From Macrostomum lignano (lineage: Eukaryota): a DNA stretch of 64,000 bases. The translations under genes and the position numbers were made by a program. Where the stretch lies: positions 129,456-193,455 of the forward strand of contig NIVC01000007.1 of NCBI GenBank assembly GCA_002269645.1. The letters run 5' to 3'. Below are positions 14,301 to 27,879 of this stretch, in pieces; position 1 is the stretch's first letter, and every line of letters starts with the position of its first letter. A model generated the notes under the pieces. It was not told where the DNA came from and made no database searches. It worked only from the letters and a program-made list of their open reading frames with translations.

Positions 14301-17300
14301 TTAACAAAGTAAAACATGTTTCAAGTATTTCTTCATTAATTAAGAGCAATACCATATGATACTATTCACTTAATTTTGAATTTAGGAATGAAAAATGCAA
14401 AAATATGTGACAACCAGCATATTAGCTAAGCATTTAAGTTTTAAATTTAAATATTGTGATTGTTGCAGTAACTGTAACAGACTTCCGAAATTTGAGTAAC
14501 TTACCGTTACTCCCAGTGCTGCCACTCTATATAGTAAAAAAATTAATGCACAAGGGAAAAAACACATTCTAAAATTATGATTGTTTTTACCTCCTGTCAC
14601 TAAAAGATATTTGAAGGTAGAAATTTTTAACGCTAAATTCAAATTTTATATTTAATTTTTTTCCTTGATTCCAGATAGGCAACATAACAAACAAAACACA
14701 CAACACAGTGCAGCAGAATAATGAACTGTAAAAAATAGCTGTAATGAATTGACTTAAATAAAAAATTGATTGCTAAAAAGTTGCTTGTACTTAAAGAACA
14801 ATGTGAAAGTTTATCTGTCATAGACAGTCAGATCAATTTATTGTACTACATTGTCAATGGTCACAGGGCTTCTTGCTGGTGGAAGCTTCTCCATTGGCAT
14901 CGGCAATGGATTATTGGTCCACATTGGCTTGACTAGAGGACTTGCGCTTCGTAGCTACGCCTCCATCAAAAGCACATTGGTCTAGCATTTGGCGGTTTTT
15001 TTCCACAGCCATTTTGGCTTTCCGGGCAGCCTCCCGCTCACGCTGCGCTTGCTTTAGGTGCTCAGCAACCTTCTGCAGCGCCAACTCTGCTTTGGTGACC
15101 TTTCGATTGGCTTCCTGCTCGAGGTCATGAGCAGCTTTCTCTCGCTGGCGAATCTTTGTTGCTTGCTCTAGGCGCTGCATTTTGCGCTTTGCTGTCTCAG
15201 CATCCTTGGCCGCTTGCACTGCAGCAGCCACCTGAGCCTTTTCAAGCTACTAAGAAAAAGCCTTACGCTTTTTCTTTTCTGCCTGGTGGGCAAAATACTT
15301 GGCTCGTGCTTTGATCCCGAGATCAATCAGGTTCCGACTGATGTTTGCATAGATGCACAGTTGCTGAGTTGAGCAAAGGAAGCTACAAACTCGAAGATGA
15401 GCTAGACGAGTGGTGTCAGCCATTGCGTTTCGCTTTGAATTATCATTGATGTCACTTGACTTCCCTATAGCACATTCTGGATTGGCATTGGCGTGGAAGA
15501 AGGTCATGACTGCTTGCGCTAACTTAGTCATCAAGGGGAACACTAGCTTGTCAAAGATGTTCTTATTATTGGCGACCTGATGCCAGAAAAGTGCTGGTGC
15601 TGGGTAGCTTTCGACAAGATGCCCTTGAAGACGCAGCTGCTGAACTTCTTGACGAAGAGAGTCAAGTTCCTTCTGGCATATTACTGTTGGCAGCTGCTTG
15701 GCCAGCGCAACAGCAAGGTCAGGACTCTCTTTGTCAAGCAGTTTGCCTGGATTGAGAACTTGCAGGTGTCGTAGAATGAACTTCCTAAATGGAAGTTCAG
15801 TTGCTAGGTAGCAGCAAGGTCTTGATAGAATGCACGAACCTTAAGAAAGAATAGTGCATTTTGAGATTCTCGTCTTCCTGGGTCGCGGAGTAGAATTAAG
15901 TCTCCTCGCCGACTCCTAGCTGGCTGTCATCGACTTGGCCGTTTCTTCGCTGGGCTTGTTTATTTATAATCATGAAAAAGGATGGGTATGGTGTAGATAA
16001 TAAGAAAAAATGCAGATATTACGCCTGGTGAAAAAATTATCGCATAATGCAGAGCCAGAGCTAAAAAAACGCAGCTGCGTTAAAAATGCAGGTAATAGCA
16101 GCACTGGTTACTCCGTTACTAAAATAAAAAAGTAACTTGTGTAAGGAACACTTTACAAACAAGTAACTTGCATTACCATTTGCAAGTTACTCGGTAATGG
16201 AAGTGCCCAACACTGGCCATTTCACCTGTCCAGTTCAGACAGGTTAGATGGGTGTTGGGCATGTATGATACCAGGGGAAATACTTTATCATAAAACTTTG
16301 AGTACTATCTATAAACTATTGATTTATCTCTATAAACTTTAAATAGCTTTTCATGATAACTAATAATATAGATTCTAAGGTAATATTTAGCAATAGCTAA
16401 CCCCCTCTCTTGCATCACTTATGCTACCATACTGCCAAGATAGAATTCATTCCAAAAACAAAAAAATGTGTTTTGCATAGAAAGTAAAAAAATGTACATG
16501 CAATATTAAATGCATATTATAATATTAAATGTCAAAATTTTTTCAGATCTAAAGGAGCTTTAATAAATTAATATTGGTGCCAGTATTACTATAGCTATAT
16601 TTAAATCAAACAATATGCATAGACGGCCTACTCTTCTGGCTGGCAAAAAATCCACTGTTCTACACACTTGATATATGAAATATACTCTTGCCACAATGAC
16701 CTAAAAGTTTTATATGCCATTGCATTGGTGATTCACAGGGGCGTAGCGAGGGGGGTATCGGTATATCGGCCGATACCCCCAAATTTCCAAAGCAACATTT
16801 TTTTCCTTTTTTCAGTTGCAATTGTGACCATTAAGGAAGAAAAAGGTATCCAAATCGAAAGAATAACAATTAACAAACAAATAGAGTAATTATATGTATC
16901 ATGCACTAGAAATACATTAAGGGGATATGTGGATCTCAAGCCCTTGCTTTCTGATAACAGCTAACCAATACCCCAAAAAAAAATCCTGGCTACACCCCTG
17001 GTGATTCACTAATTCAGAAATATATGAAGGCTATTGCCACTAGACATCAATGCAAAGTGCTGCATAAAGGACTATAGGATATTGTGTAGTATAATTTGCA
17101 TATTTAGTTTACAACTAGCAATCTACGCCCCCCCGTTGGGGAGCCAAAGAAATGCTATACACGTTTTTTAATAAGCTACATGTATCCTTGAAATCTTAAA
17201 AAATCTCCTGTCAAACCTTGTAAGCCTTGACATGTCAGTAATTCCCCCCCCCCCAGCTTTAACATATCAACTTCCCCCTTGACATCTCAGCAATGCCCCC

Positions 17301-20300
17301 AATAAGCCTTGGAAATCTAAAAATATCTGTCAACCTTCTAACCCTAACCCTAACCCTAACCCTAACCCTAACCTAACCCTAAAGCATTGAAATTTCAGTA
17401 ATTCTCTCTAAGAGTCATAATAGCACTACTACAGCATTATAGCGATAAGCTTCTTTTATTTTTTACATAACGCTTTTTTTATCAGCGATCCCTCGCCTGA
17501 GGAGGCATCAAATAATGTAATAAAAAGTTTTCAATAAACTACATGTAGCTTCTGACTTTAGCCTTGAAATCTCATTTATACCCCCGTGAGCCTTGACATC
17601 TCAGCTATTCCCCCCCGTAAGCCTTGACATGTCAGCGATGGCCCCCATAAACCTTGAAATCTAAAAAATCCACTGTTAACCTTGAAACCCGATAAAATAT
17701 AACCCTCAACCCACACCTGACCTAAACCTAACTTTAACCCAACCTAAAGCCTTGAAATCTCAGCAATTCTTCTCCCCTAAGCCTTGACATTTTAGTGATT
17801 CCTTCTTTAAGAATCACAGCACTATAACGATTTCCACCAAGCTTTGACATCGTAGCAATTCCCAAATGAATCTTTTAACTTCGACATGACTTTTCTTTTA
17901 TGTATACATAGTGCTACTTTTATTTTTTACATGACTCTTCTTCTATCAGCACCCCCCCATGGCGAGCCAACAAAGAATGCAATAAAAATTGAGTAAAGTA
18001 CATGAACTTTGAAGTAGCTTCTGACTTTTGCTTTGAGATCCCAGAAACAACCCCCCCCCTCGTAATCTCAGTTATTCTCTGAGAGCCTTTACGTCTCAGT
18101 TTTTCTTCCCAGCACAGCATTATAGCTGCATTTTATTTTTACATGACACCCTTCATGTCTGACATGACGCTTCTTTTGATTTTTACATTACACTTCTTTT
18201 ATTCTTCCATGATGCTTCTTAATTTTTTAAATGACGCTTTCATTAGTTTTTAAATGAGGCTTCTATGATTTTTTCATGACGCTTCTATGATTGTTTACAT
18301 GACGCTTCTATGCTTTTTACATGACGCTTCTATGCTTTTTACATGACGCTTCTATGATTATTTCATGACGCTTCTATGATTGTTTACATGACGCTTCTAT
18401 GATTATTTACATGATGCTTCTACGATTTCTGCAGGACGCTTCTATGATTTTTACATGATGCTTCTATGATTTTTTCATGACGCTTCTATGATTTTTTCAT
18501 GACGCTTCCATGATTTTTTACATGACACTTCTATGATTTTTACATGACGCTTCCATGATTTTTTCATGACGCTTCTGTGATTGTTTATATGACGCTTTTA
18601 TGCTTTTTATATGACGCTTCTATGATTTTTACATGACGCTTCTATGATTTTTACATGACGCTACTATGATTTTTACATGACGCTTCCATGATTTTTTACA
18701 TGACGCTTCTATGATTTTTACATGACGCTTCTATGATTATTTCATGACGCTTCTACGATATCTGCAGGACGCTTCTATGATTTTTTACATGACGCTTCTA
18801 TGATTTTTACATGACGCTTCCATGATTTTTTACATGACGCTTCTATGCTTTTTATATGACGATTCTATGATTTTTACATGACGTTTCTATGATTTTTACA
18901 TGACGTTTCTATGATTTTTTCATGACGCTCCAATGTTTTTTTCATGACGCTTCTATGATTTTTTCATGACGCTTCTATGATTTTTACATGACGCTACTAT
19001 GATTTTTACATGACGCTTCCATGATTTTTTACATGACGCTTCTATGATTTTTACATGACGCTTCTATGATTATTTCATGACGCTTCTACGATATCTGCAG
19101 GACGCTTCTATGATTTTTTACATGACGCTTCTATGATTTTTACATGACGCTTCCATGATTTTTTACATGACGCTTCTATGCTTTTTATATGACGATTCTA
19201 TGATTTTTACATGACGTTTCTATGATTTTTTCATGACGCTCCAATGTTTTTTTCATGACGCTTCTATGATTTTTTTCATGACGCTTCTATGATTTTTACA
19301 TGACGCTACTATGATTTTTACATGACGCTTCCATGATTTTTTACATGACGCTTCTATGATTTTTACATGACGCTTCTATGATTATTTCATGACGCTTCTA
19401 CGATATCTGCAGGACGCTTCTATGATTTTTTACATGACGCTTCTATGATTTTTTACATGACGCTTCTATGATTGTTTACATGACGCTTCTATGATTGTTT
19501 ACATGACGCTTCTATGATTTTTTACATGACGCTTCTATGATTGTTTACATGACGCTTCTATGATTTTTTACATGACGCTTCTATGATTGTTTACATGACG
19601 CTTCTATGATTTTTTACATGACGCTTCTATGATTTTTTACATGACGCTTCTATGATTGTTTACATGACGCTTCTATGATTTTTTACATGACGCTTCTATG
19701 ATATTTTCATGACGCTTCTATGATTTTTTACATGACGCTTCTATGATTTTTTACATGACGCTTCTATGATTTTTTAGTTTTCTTCTTGGTGTTAAAAAGC
19801 TTTAATTAAAAAAATTCCACTCTCTAAAAATTCGAACCATCGTCCCTGCATTTAGCAGTCAGTCTGTTTACCTCTAGGCTAGCTCTCATCGTTTTGATAA
19901 TATGAATTTTAGCACTTATAATTATAAGTTTCAAAACTCCAAGCATAGAGTAAATCACACGAGGCAGTTATGACATAATCAATTTCTCAGTCAGTCAGTA
20001 TCAGTTAACAATATGGTTACGCAATTTAAATCAAGTCTGGTGCTACGCTTCCACACTGCATTTTCAATTCAAGTCAGAGTTACAATTCAGTTATGATGCA
20101 ATCTATTTCAGAATCAGAATTCAACCAGTCAGTTTTTTCTCTAGCATTCTTACAATGCATTTCAAGTCGAAAAGATTGCTTGACCTTTGCAAAAAAGCAT
20201 GTTTTTCGAACATTTAATCCCTTTAACATGGAGCAATTTCTTAGCCAAGATGCATGTACCGTCACGGGAAAATTTCTGATCGAACAGTGCAAGTCTCATG

Positions 20301-21480
20301 AAAATCGGTTAAGCCATTTTTTCTCTAATCGATTACAAGCAAGCAAGCAAGCAAGATTTTCATTTTTAGTATATAGGATAGTCCAAGCAGCGAGACTAAT
20401 GCTGCACTCTACATAAGGGCATACCTGATATGGCCTTTTGACCTATTGCGCAAGCAATGACTTTGATTGGTTGGCCATGTCATCTGGTTAGAGCAGAGGC
20501 CCATTATCCTAAGCTGCTACATAAGATACTACTGCCCAAACTGCAGGGACTAAATAGACAAAGCCAATGATAAACAATGAGATATCCTGACAGGCTTTTG
20601 ACTGATACTGGTGCCCTACTAGACCAAGCTAGGGATGTGACTTTCTGAGGGTTAGGCCTATGGCCTAAATACACACTCTAACTTCTTCTCCCTTTTTGGC
20701 CACTGCATAGCTGGCAAATGAAGTACTTTGTTTGTTGCTATTGTTATTGTTGTTGCACATTTAAACATAAACAAGTCATCAAGTCTCTCTAAAGTTCAAA
20801 CATAAACCAACCTAAAATATGATAATATTTAGGCCTATACTATTAGTATTAATAATGCAATTGTTGCCAGGCTACTTAGCCCTAGGCCTGGCCTATGGAT
20901 ATGCTTTATTATTTGATTAAATTATTAAATGAATTTAAAGCATTTAGTTGCTAAATTGAAAAGTGACAAAAAACTTACCAGTCATAATGCTTTTAGAAAA
21001 ATTGAACTCATGAGAAACTTTGCCAGTAGAAAGCATCCTTGCAGGAAGAGCATATGTATCTTGCAATCTAACAATAGCATCCATAGCACCATCAACATCT
21101 TCTATGCCTGGTAGGGAAAGGTTTTGAATTCTAGATTCAAACGAGTTTTTCAACTCCTCTTTCTTCCCTTTCACATGTTCTTGCCAGTCTACGCCAAGGC
21201 GTTTAAGCATTAGATAGGCATAAACTGGATGAGTTAAGTCGGTTGAGTTAGTGTCATCCGTTTTAACTCTGGATTTCAGTGTCTCAGCAAATCGCTTCAC
21301 GGAAGAAAGTCGCACCATTTCTTGCGATACATAATCTTCAAGAGCCACAGCAAGATCTTGCTCCTGCTGCAGTGATTTTTGAATGTCAATTACAGCAGTG
21401 AATAATTCGCATGAGCAATGGTCCGCCCATAAAGAAACGACACAAATCACGAGCAACAGCAAATTGCACTTTAAATTCAT
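8335..21480 (-). CDS. P4HA: Prolyl 4-hydroxylase subunit alpha, about 546 aa, 5 exons: 21480-20979, 11501-11335, 11228-10872, 9827-9567, 8688-8335
   Basis: Signal peptide plus ELFTA N-terminus, YLMLKRL, AIVRLQDTY, RATVQDPATG..RISKSAWL, NYGLGGHYEPHYD (HxD), GNRIATLLYYLSDV, TRHAACPVLHGSKWVMNKW. All introns are GT-AG with matching phases (1,0,0,0); total 1641 nt with no internal stop. Confidence 0.96.
8990..9460. repeat. 28-bp minisatellite (AGAGGTCCTAAAACTGGTCCTTTTAGAT) in P4HA intron 4; degenerate copies extend to about 8770
   Basis: Tandem periodicity read directly. Confidence 0.95.
9985..10770. repeat. About 21-bp minisatellite (GATCCCAGATTCCAAATCCCA) in P4HA intron 3
   Basis: Tandem periodicity read directly; explains ORFs 9927..10290. 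Confidence 0.95.
12115..12695. repeat. 76-bp unit (TTAAAGCATGTTGCAAAGTGAGAGTGAAAGTTGCATTGCCCAATGCTAGG...): about 3 tandem copies at 12115-12320 and one at about 12600-12695
   Basis: Read directly. Confidence 0.85.
12750..13400 (-). pseudogene. Highly decayed Tc1/mariner-like transposase fragment
   Basis: Minus-strand translation DKTWVYLKNIDTKQNNKCW...KIMLLVAF...IEF resembles the mariner GDETWVY..K.QS..W..K.M..VF segment; many stops; boundaries uncertain. Confidence 0.35.
13795..16215 (-). mobile_element. hAT DNA transposon (2421 bp, internally deleted) in P4HA intron 1
   Basis: TIRs CAGTGTTGGGCA (13795) and TGCCCAACACTG (ending 16215); perfect 8-bp TSD GCCATTTC at 13787-13794 and 16216-16223; subterminal AAGTAAC/GTTAC motifs at both ends. 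Confidence 0.93.
14911..15900 (-). pseudogene. C-terminal part of a hAT transposase (dimerisation domain plus coiled-coil tail)
   Basis: YLATELPFRKFILRHLQVLNP...LFWHQV..VFPLMTKLAQAVMTFFHANANPEC...RNAMADTT resembles hATC; two in-frame TAG codons at 15247-15252; an upstream frameshift. Confidence 0.75.
16736..17000. mobile_element. hAT-type MITE, 265 bp
   Basis: TIRs CAGGGGCGTAGC and GCTACACCCCTG; perfect 8-bp TSD GTGATTCA at 16728-16735 and 17001-17008. Confidence 0.92.
17338..17382. repeat. Interstitial telomeric repeat (CCCTAA), about 7 copies
   Basis: Read directly; lies inside a degenerate AAGCCTTGA(A/C)ATCTC repeat region (about 17200-17800). Confidence 0.9.
18170..19775. repeat. 22-23-bp minisatellite (CATGACGCTTCTATGATTTTTTA) with about 310-330-bp higher-order blocks
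   Basis: Read directly; the variant CTACGATATCTGCAGGACGC recurs near 18755, 19085 and 19400. Confidence 0.95.
19826..19888 (-). mobile_element. Degenerate tRNA-like or SINE head
   Basis: Minus strand shows an A-box-like TAGCCTAGAGG and a B-box-like GGTTCGAAT; no full cloverleaf. Confidence 0.3.
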
Positions 21481-24400
21481 ATTTATAGACTGTAGCAAAA
21501 GCTCAATTAAAATAAGACTTCGCGATAGCAATGAAAGGCAATAAACTAAAGGAAAAGTCAAGATGACGCGATGATGACGATTTACTGGGCTAGTGAGATT
21601 GAGATCTTCTGGGTCGTTCGCAAATTCTAGGAGGAGCAAAAATTTTAACAATTTTCCGAACATTTACTATTGTTACTGCCATATTGAAAATAATAGGACA
21701 CTTTTATCTGTGAATAAAGATAATTTTTGGGTTAAACTTTATCATGCAAAAGTGTTTTTTAATCATCTGGCGGTATTAAGCGATAATTAGCGATGAAAAA
21801 ATTCAAATTCAATCATTTCACCGATGTTAATTTTTGGTACTACAAGATGTCTGTAGCTAAAAAAAAGTTGTTGTTGTGTTGAAACCTTGCTATATTACAT
21901 TTAAAATTAAAGCTTATATAAATTTAATTTAAGATTTTTTTAAAGCTCAATAAACTGCACTATAAATGATTTTATAGACGCTTAAATGTACGCCTAGCAT
22001 TTCCGGTGGGATAGCCTCTTTGCGTCTCACAAAATGTATTTTTTCAGCTGACGTCTAGAATGTGCGCTTAAAATGATACATTTTGATGCAGATAATTAGA
22101 AAAACATGTCTTTTTATCTTTTTGTAAAAATTGTTATGAAATAGAGCACTATTGTTGATAAAAATAATTAAAAGCAACCATGCATCGCAATAAACTCCTA
22201 CTTTGAAGCACAAAATAAATATCCTGTAACCACACTAGCATTCTCCATGGAGCACCTTTTGAGCTGAAATTTTACACAGATATCCAGTAAAGTAAACTGA
22301 GCAAATGATTTTTTTTGTTTTTGAAAATACTTCAATTTGGCTATGTATCAGTTAGTACATTGGACATATTTATTATATTTTTATTAAAATCCTTGTAACC
22401 AAGCTACAGAGAAACATGTGCAAAACTGGACCTTGAAATTTGACCTGAATGATCAGCAAATGTGTATCTCGAAATGATTTTTTTTGTTTTCATCAAGTCA
22501 TTCTATGCTAATTTTTTCTGAAGGTAAAGATACCATATATTTAGAGTCAATAGGGGAAGCATTTAGACTTATTCAATAGTCATTAAAATTGCAACTATAT
22601 TATTATAATATAGTAATAATATTATACATGTATTATATAGTAATATTAACTTCTAAGATGCCCTTATAAATTTAAGTAAAGACAACAGGCCTTAATTAAT
22701 TAATCAGCATTTTGAAAAAACTGACCTTATACAGATGGGCCCCAAGCTAAGAAATGAATGTAGAGCTTATTTCGTGTAAGGTATAAAAATCAATTTATTA
22801 AAATATTAAATACTTCTAATAAATTGGTTAAATTAGTTATTTACCTTGAATTAATTTAATTTTAATAATTAAATATATAAATTTGTTTCACTTCTTACTG
22901 CATTTAAATAGAGTACCTCTCTACTATACTATAGAAGTATAGTAAAAGTACATGGTAAAAAAGTATAGTAAAAAATTTTCTTTGGTTTAATCCCAGCTTG
23001 CCTCAGTTTTTTAGTCTTAATACGAGCTAGATAGTAAGTGTTGATTAATTTGCTCCATCACCTTTTGCCACGGAAACAGCACATGTCGGACATGCAACAC
23101 TCTTCCTGATCCCTGGATTCAAGATGACTGCTTCTGCTTCTTCAATGCTTGAAAACTGAGCTCATGGAGCTTTAGGTTATGCTGTCAGAGTGCTGCTGCC
23201 GGTGCTGTGTGTGTATGTGTGTGTCTTCTGCGGGTAGGTTCCATGTCCCTCAGTTTAGCCACTGTTGTGGGCTAACTGGAGGAATTGCCGTTGTCGGTGC
23301 TGCAGGTGGCACTGCATGGTAGTATTGACGCTGTCAGTGACGCTGGCAAAGGCTTGGACGAAGCTAGGTGCCGTCATTGTCAGAAGGACATGCGTGTGCT
23401 GCTTAGACCAGTGCGCACATTCGACTGGACTCGTATCTGGTGCAGTCTGGTGTATTCACTGAGATTGTGTGGATCTGCCTCCTCGCATCACCTCAACCAG
23501 GCTCAATTTCTTTTGTAGAATTTTCGTGCGCTGCTTAACTGCATCTTGTGCCTGCTGAGTGATGCCAAGAATTGTGCCACACAATAATTTGGCCCATAAA
23601 CTACTCGTATATTATACATATGTATGCACAGCACACACACACGCAGTTCATTCATATTAAATGTACTAGTTAATGGAATTCTCATCTCATGAGCTCTAGT
23701 CTATGGACAAACCTGAAATTACTAGAATATCTAGATAGATCTAAACTTCTTTGAGCAGCGCGTTGCGCTGCGAGCAAAATACATGTAGATTCCTTAGCGC
23801 AACTAATTAATAGTGTAGTACAGTCTACAGCCTGAAGTAGCCTGTGTAAGATGCGGAGGGATGATTTTTGCATAGGAAGCCACTACGGTAAGGTTGATGG
23901 AACTATGGGGAGGTGAGAGATTCAAAGCGAGGGACGGAAGCCATGCATAGTTCGATCATAAGTTTGATTATTCCATGAGTCTGGGGATGCATTAACGAGA
24001 GGCGGACGAGAGCATAGAAATAAAGCGGGCTAAATATATTACTACACAAAATTACATGTACTAGCTAGTAATTTCAGAATGGTCAGCGACTCCTCCGATT
24101 TGTATCCGCGACCGCGTGCCCACAAATCCCCCGGCAGACCCTGTCGCAGTTGGTGGTTGTGCACAGAATACAATGTTAATTTTCGAGCTTCTCTGCAAAA
24201 AATGCGTGATGCACTCAAGATGCGTGCTATAGTCTACTTCTTTGATTGATGGCTGGGTTTTGCCTTTTCGCTTGTGATCATCAAAAGCTTGGGCGTCATT
24301 GCTACTGGTGTTTCAGTGTGCGCATTATGTCTGGTTATCATATTATGTGTATGTGCAGTGTCTTTTACCTACATTTTTGTTTGTCTCTGTTTCCTGCATG

Positions 24401-25889
24401 CTCTTTCGCATTTTTACACCTCGCACACCCTCATTTTTCTCAATTAACAAGTGAAATCTTTTTTTAAAGACTAACTGCTATTTTAGTTAAGCTAGTAGGT
24501 TTTTGGTAATTAAATAATTCAATTTTGTCTATTTTCCAAAAAGTTTCAAAAAATGAATTGATTAAAATAAATTTGAATTATTTTAAGTTAATTGGAGTAA
24601 AATGTCTAATAAGTAACTATAATTTTTTATTTTAAGTACATGCAGCTTTGGTATAAGTATTAATGTAATAAGTACTTAAAGTAAAATCAAGCAAGTTATA
24701 GTTTTCAGAAATTATGCTACAAATAATCAAATATATACTAGAATCCGAATTCCTTTATTAAGGAACATGCAGTTGATATTAAATCCACAATGTGCTTTTT
24801 GGTGTTCAAGGATAGTTCCCTGACTTTTTCTATTATTAGTTAGATTTTATTATATTTAATGTAAAAATGAACAATTCTATTCACCGTAAAAATGAACATT
24901 CTTTATTTGTCGAATCATCTTGACTTTGAAAAGATACATAGTGAAAACTTGATTTTTAATTCAACTTTTCAAGACTTATTTAGACTTCTTAATTCAGTGA
25001 TTAGTTAAACTGATCGAAGTCCTTTCGAGTGCATGCTATAATAATTTCGCACTTTTTCGCACACGATAATTTTAAATGTCTGGGATTTAGAGCAGAGTAA
25101 CAAAATGCTGTGCTCAAAAACATTTCCTTTGTCAATTTCTTGTTCTTTTATTTTTGCAAAAGAAATTTAACTGCATATTTAAAATAAAAATAGAAGAAAA
25201 TTTTATTTTCTCTTTAATATTTTTGTCGTTTATTTTCCGCAACAAAGAATAACAAATAGCCTTGATTTCTTCTCAATTTCAAGTTTTCTTGTGGTTTTAG
25301 TAGCAGCTTCTTACAGAAATTGTCGAAATAATTTTTTTTGTACGATTATTGGTCGATGTATAAACTTTTTTTGCAATAACAAAAAGTTGTGACCTAGCTT
25401 TGAGAACGACCCTTCTCATGGAAAGTTTAAAGATATCGCGATGATAAAGGTTTAAAAAGAAACAAAACTACAAGTTTAAATAAAAATACTGCTGCTACCT
25501 AAAACTTTCAGTTCATTGCCTTGCAAAAGAATCAATGCATGAATTTTAAATGTGTGCTAAAAATATGAAATCTAAAAGAGATTGATTTTTTTTACGTTTT
25601 AAAATGTGCTTTCTGAGAACTCGTAAAATTACTAAAAATCATCACATCTTGCAGTGTGAATTGCGCGAATGTGCGATTCCCATTGCGAATGCGAATAGCC
25701 CATTTTTATCTCTTTCACCGTGTGGTCCACTCGGTGGGATTTTTTAGCGTTTAATTGTGCTCTTTTCGGTAGTTATTGGAGCACACCACTCTGGGTCTAC
25801 TAGCCGATGGCATGGCCCCGCCTATATTGGCCTATTTGGAAATTGTAAATTGCAGTTCTAGGCCTATAAACATTGACTACAGGACAGCC

Positions 25890-26624
25890 GGGTCTATGAG
25901 AATTTCCCGCAGGAATTTTTCCCGCCGAGCTTTCCCCGCACGAGATTTTCCCGCAGCGAGTTTTTCCCGCGACGAAAATTTGCCGCAGGAGCTTTCCCCG
26001 CACGGCCGCACGAGATTCTCCGGCAGCGAGTTTTTACCGCAGCGAGAGTTTCCCGTAGGAAATTTCCCCGTCGAGATTTTCCTGCCGAGCTTTTACCGCC
26101 GAGATTTTCCCGCACGAATTTTCCCGGCACAGACTTTTTCCAGCAGAAAGATTTTCCCACAAGAAATTTCTTGTGATTGCCTGTTTACCTTAAGAAAGAA
26201 ATTATAAAAAGGAAAGCTATTAGCAGAGACGCGATTTTCTTTGATAAATTCGACACAGGCAGCCAGCCAGGCAGACAGACAGACAGACAGACAGACAGGT
26301 AGGAAGGTAGGAAGGTAAACAGGCAATCATGACACAAGAAATTTCTTGCGGGAAAATCTTTCTGCTGGAAAAAGTCTATGTGGGGAAAATTTGTGCAGGA
26401 AAATCTTGGCGGTAAAAGCTTGGCAGGAAAATCTCGACAGGAAATTTCTTGCAGGAAACTCTCGCTGCAGTAAAAACTTGCTGCGGGAGAATCTCGTGTG
26501 GGAAAAGCTCCTGCGGCAAATTTTTGTTGCGGGAAAAACTCGCTGCGGCAAAATCTCGTGCAGGAAAAACTTGTGCGGGGAAAGCTTGGTGGGAAAAATT
26601 CCTGCGGGAAATTCTCGTGCTCCC
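25890..26624. mobile_element. Foldback or MULE-like non-autonomous element with about 300-bp TIRs built of short subrepeats
   Basis: Left arm GAGAATTTCCCGCAGGAATTTTTCCC...TTGTGATTGCCTGTTTACCT is the reverse complement of the right arm AGGTAAACAGGCAATCATGACACAAG...GGGAAAAATTCCTGCGGGAAATTCTC. GGG/CCC termini; imperfect 8-bp flanks GGACAGCC and AGACAGCT. Confidence 0.85.
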
Positions 26625-27879
26625 AGACAGCTGCTATTTGGTCAGTAAGTCAATTGGTCTCGACTCTCTTCTAGTTCTAGGATCTGGACTAGCTGTTGAT
26701 CAGGTTCATGCAATGGAACCATTACTTCCCCTTTTTTATGCTATATAATAAACATTGTGGTATATAGTAGGTCTTATATAGGTGGATGGATAATGCTGCT
26801 TTATTTATAATTTACTTAAAACATTTAGAACAAGGAAGCTTTAGCCTGTCCTGTCAGCTGTCTACAAAATCCCAGCCTGGGTTTTTTGCCTAAGACAAGG
26901 TGCAAAATCACACCCTATGCAAAATCATACCCTAACCTAGATTCTCAGCCAAATAATCAAATCTAAGAGATATTTCAAAGCTATAAATATAATTGTTATA
27001 TATTTAGCCTAATATAAATTTATATCTGTTGCTATCTGGTTCTATAAAGCCAAACAGTTCTTTAAGGTTTAATTTGCCTTAGATAATAATAACAATTAGA
27101 GAAACTTAATTTCAACTGTTATACTTTTTTAGACCTAGCTCTAAGAAATTACTGGTCTTGATTCTTTATATCTAGTAAAGATGATAGTGGCAGCTTCACA
27201 CTACTCATAGTAGATAAGTAGAATAATTGATAGTTAAACATCTTATCATATACTCATGCAATAGTTTGTGGCCACTATGCCCAAATGCCGACTCTCTCAT
27301 CCCTCCCTAATATATAAAGTGCCCTAGCTTTATAATCTTGTTACAAGCCTTGCTATCACTTATGAAGTCTTAAAGCCAAATAAACAAGCAAAGCAAGATA
27401 CAATCTTTGTTATTCATCAAGCACTAGAATTGTCATTTGAGCATCACACATCTGATATATTCAACTTCAAGTTAGGATTATATACTTATATCCCCAATTT
27501 TATGTCTTGGTGCTACTATTAACCTAAAGCAATAGGTTTTTTAAGTCAGTACCATTGTATATCTTTGTTGTCAAATCTAAATATACTAAATCTCTAAGGT
27601 TTGTTTGTATGCTTGCTTGTCCATAATAAGTTCACTATTTTTCTTGCATTGCTATGACAAACATCAGTCCTAGTTCAATGCTACTCAACAGACAGGTAAA
27701 TTAGTATATTGAATGGTTATGTATCAAATTTTAAGTCATTTTTATTAAGCTAAACTGTTCTATGCATTGGCAAAATCTTTGTGTATTACCACATTTCTCT
27801 TAGCCTAATTCCATACAACACAACAACAAAAATACATTGTCAATCAGTTAGTAGACAACATCACAAGGCACATTTCAAG

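Noticed and set aside
21481-21663. N-terminal extension of the 239-aa ORF upstream of MNLKC
   Set aside because: The signal peptide and family alignment start at the ATG at 21480; the extension begins at a non-ATG codon.
23100-24250. GC-richer island with a TGTAGT..-like end suggesting a solo LTR
   Set aside because: No second terminus, TSD or coding remnant identified.
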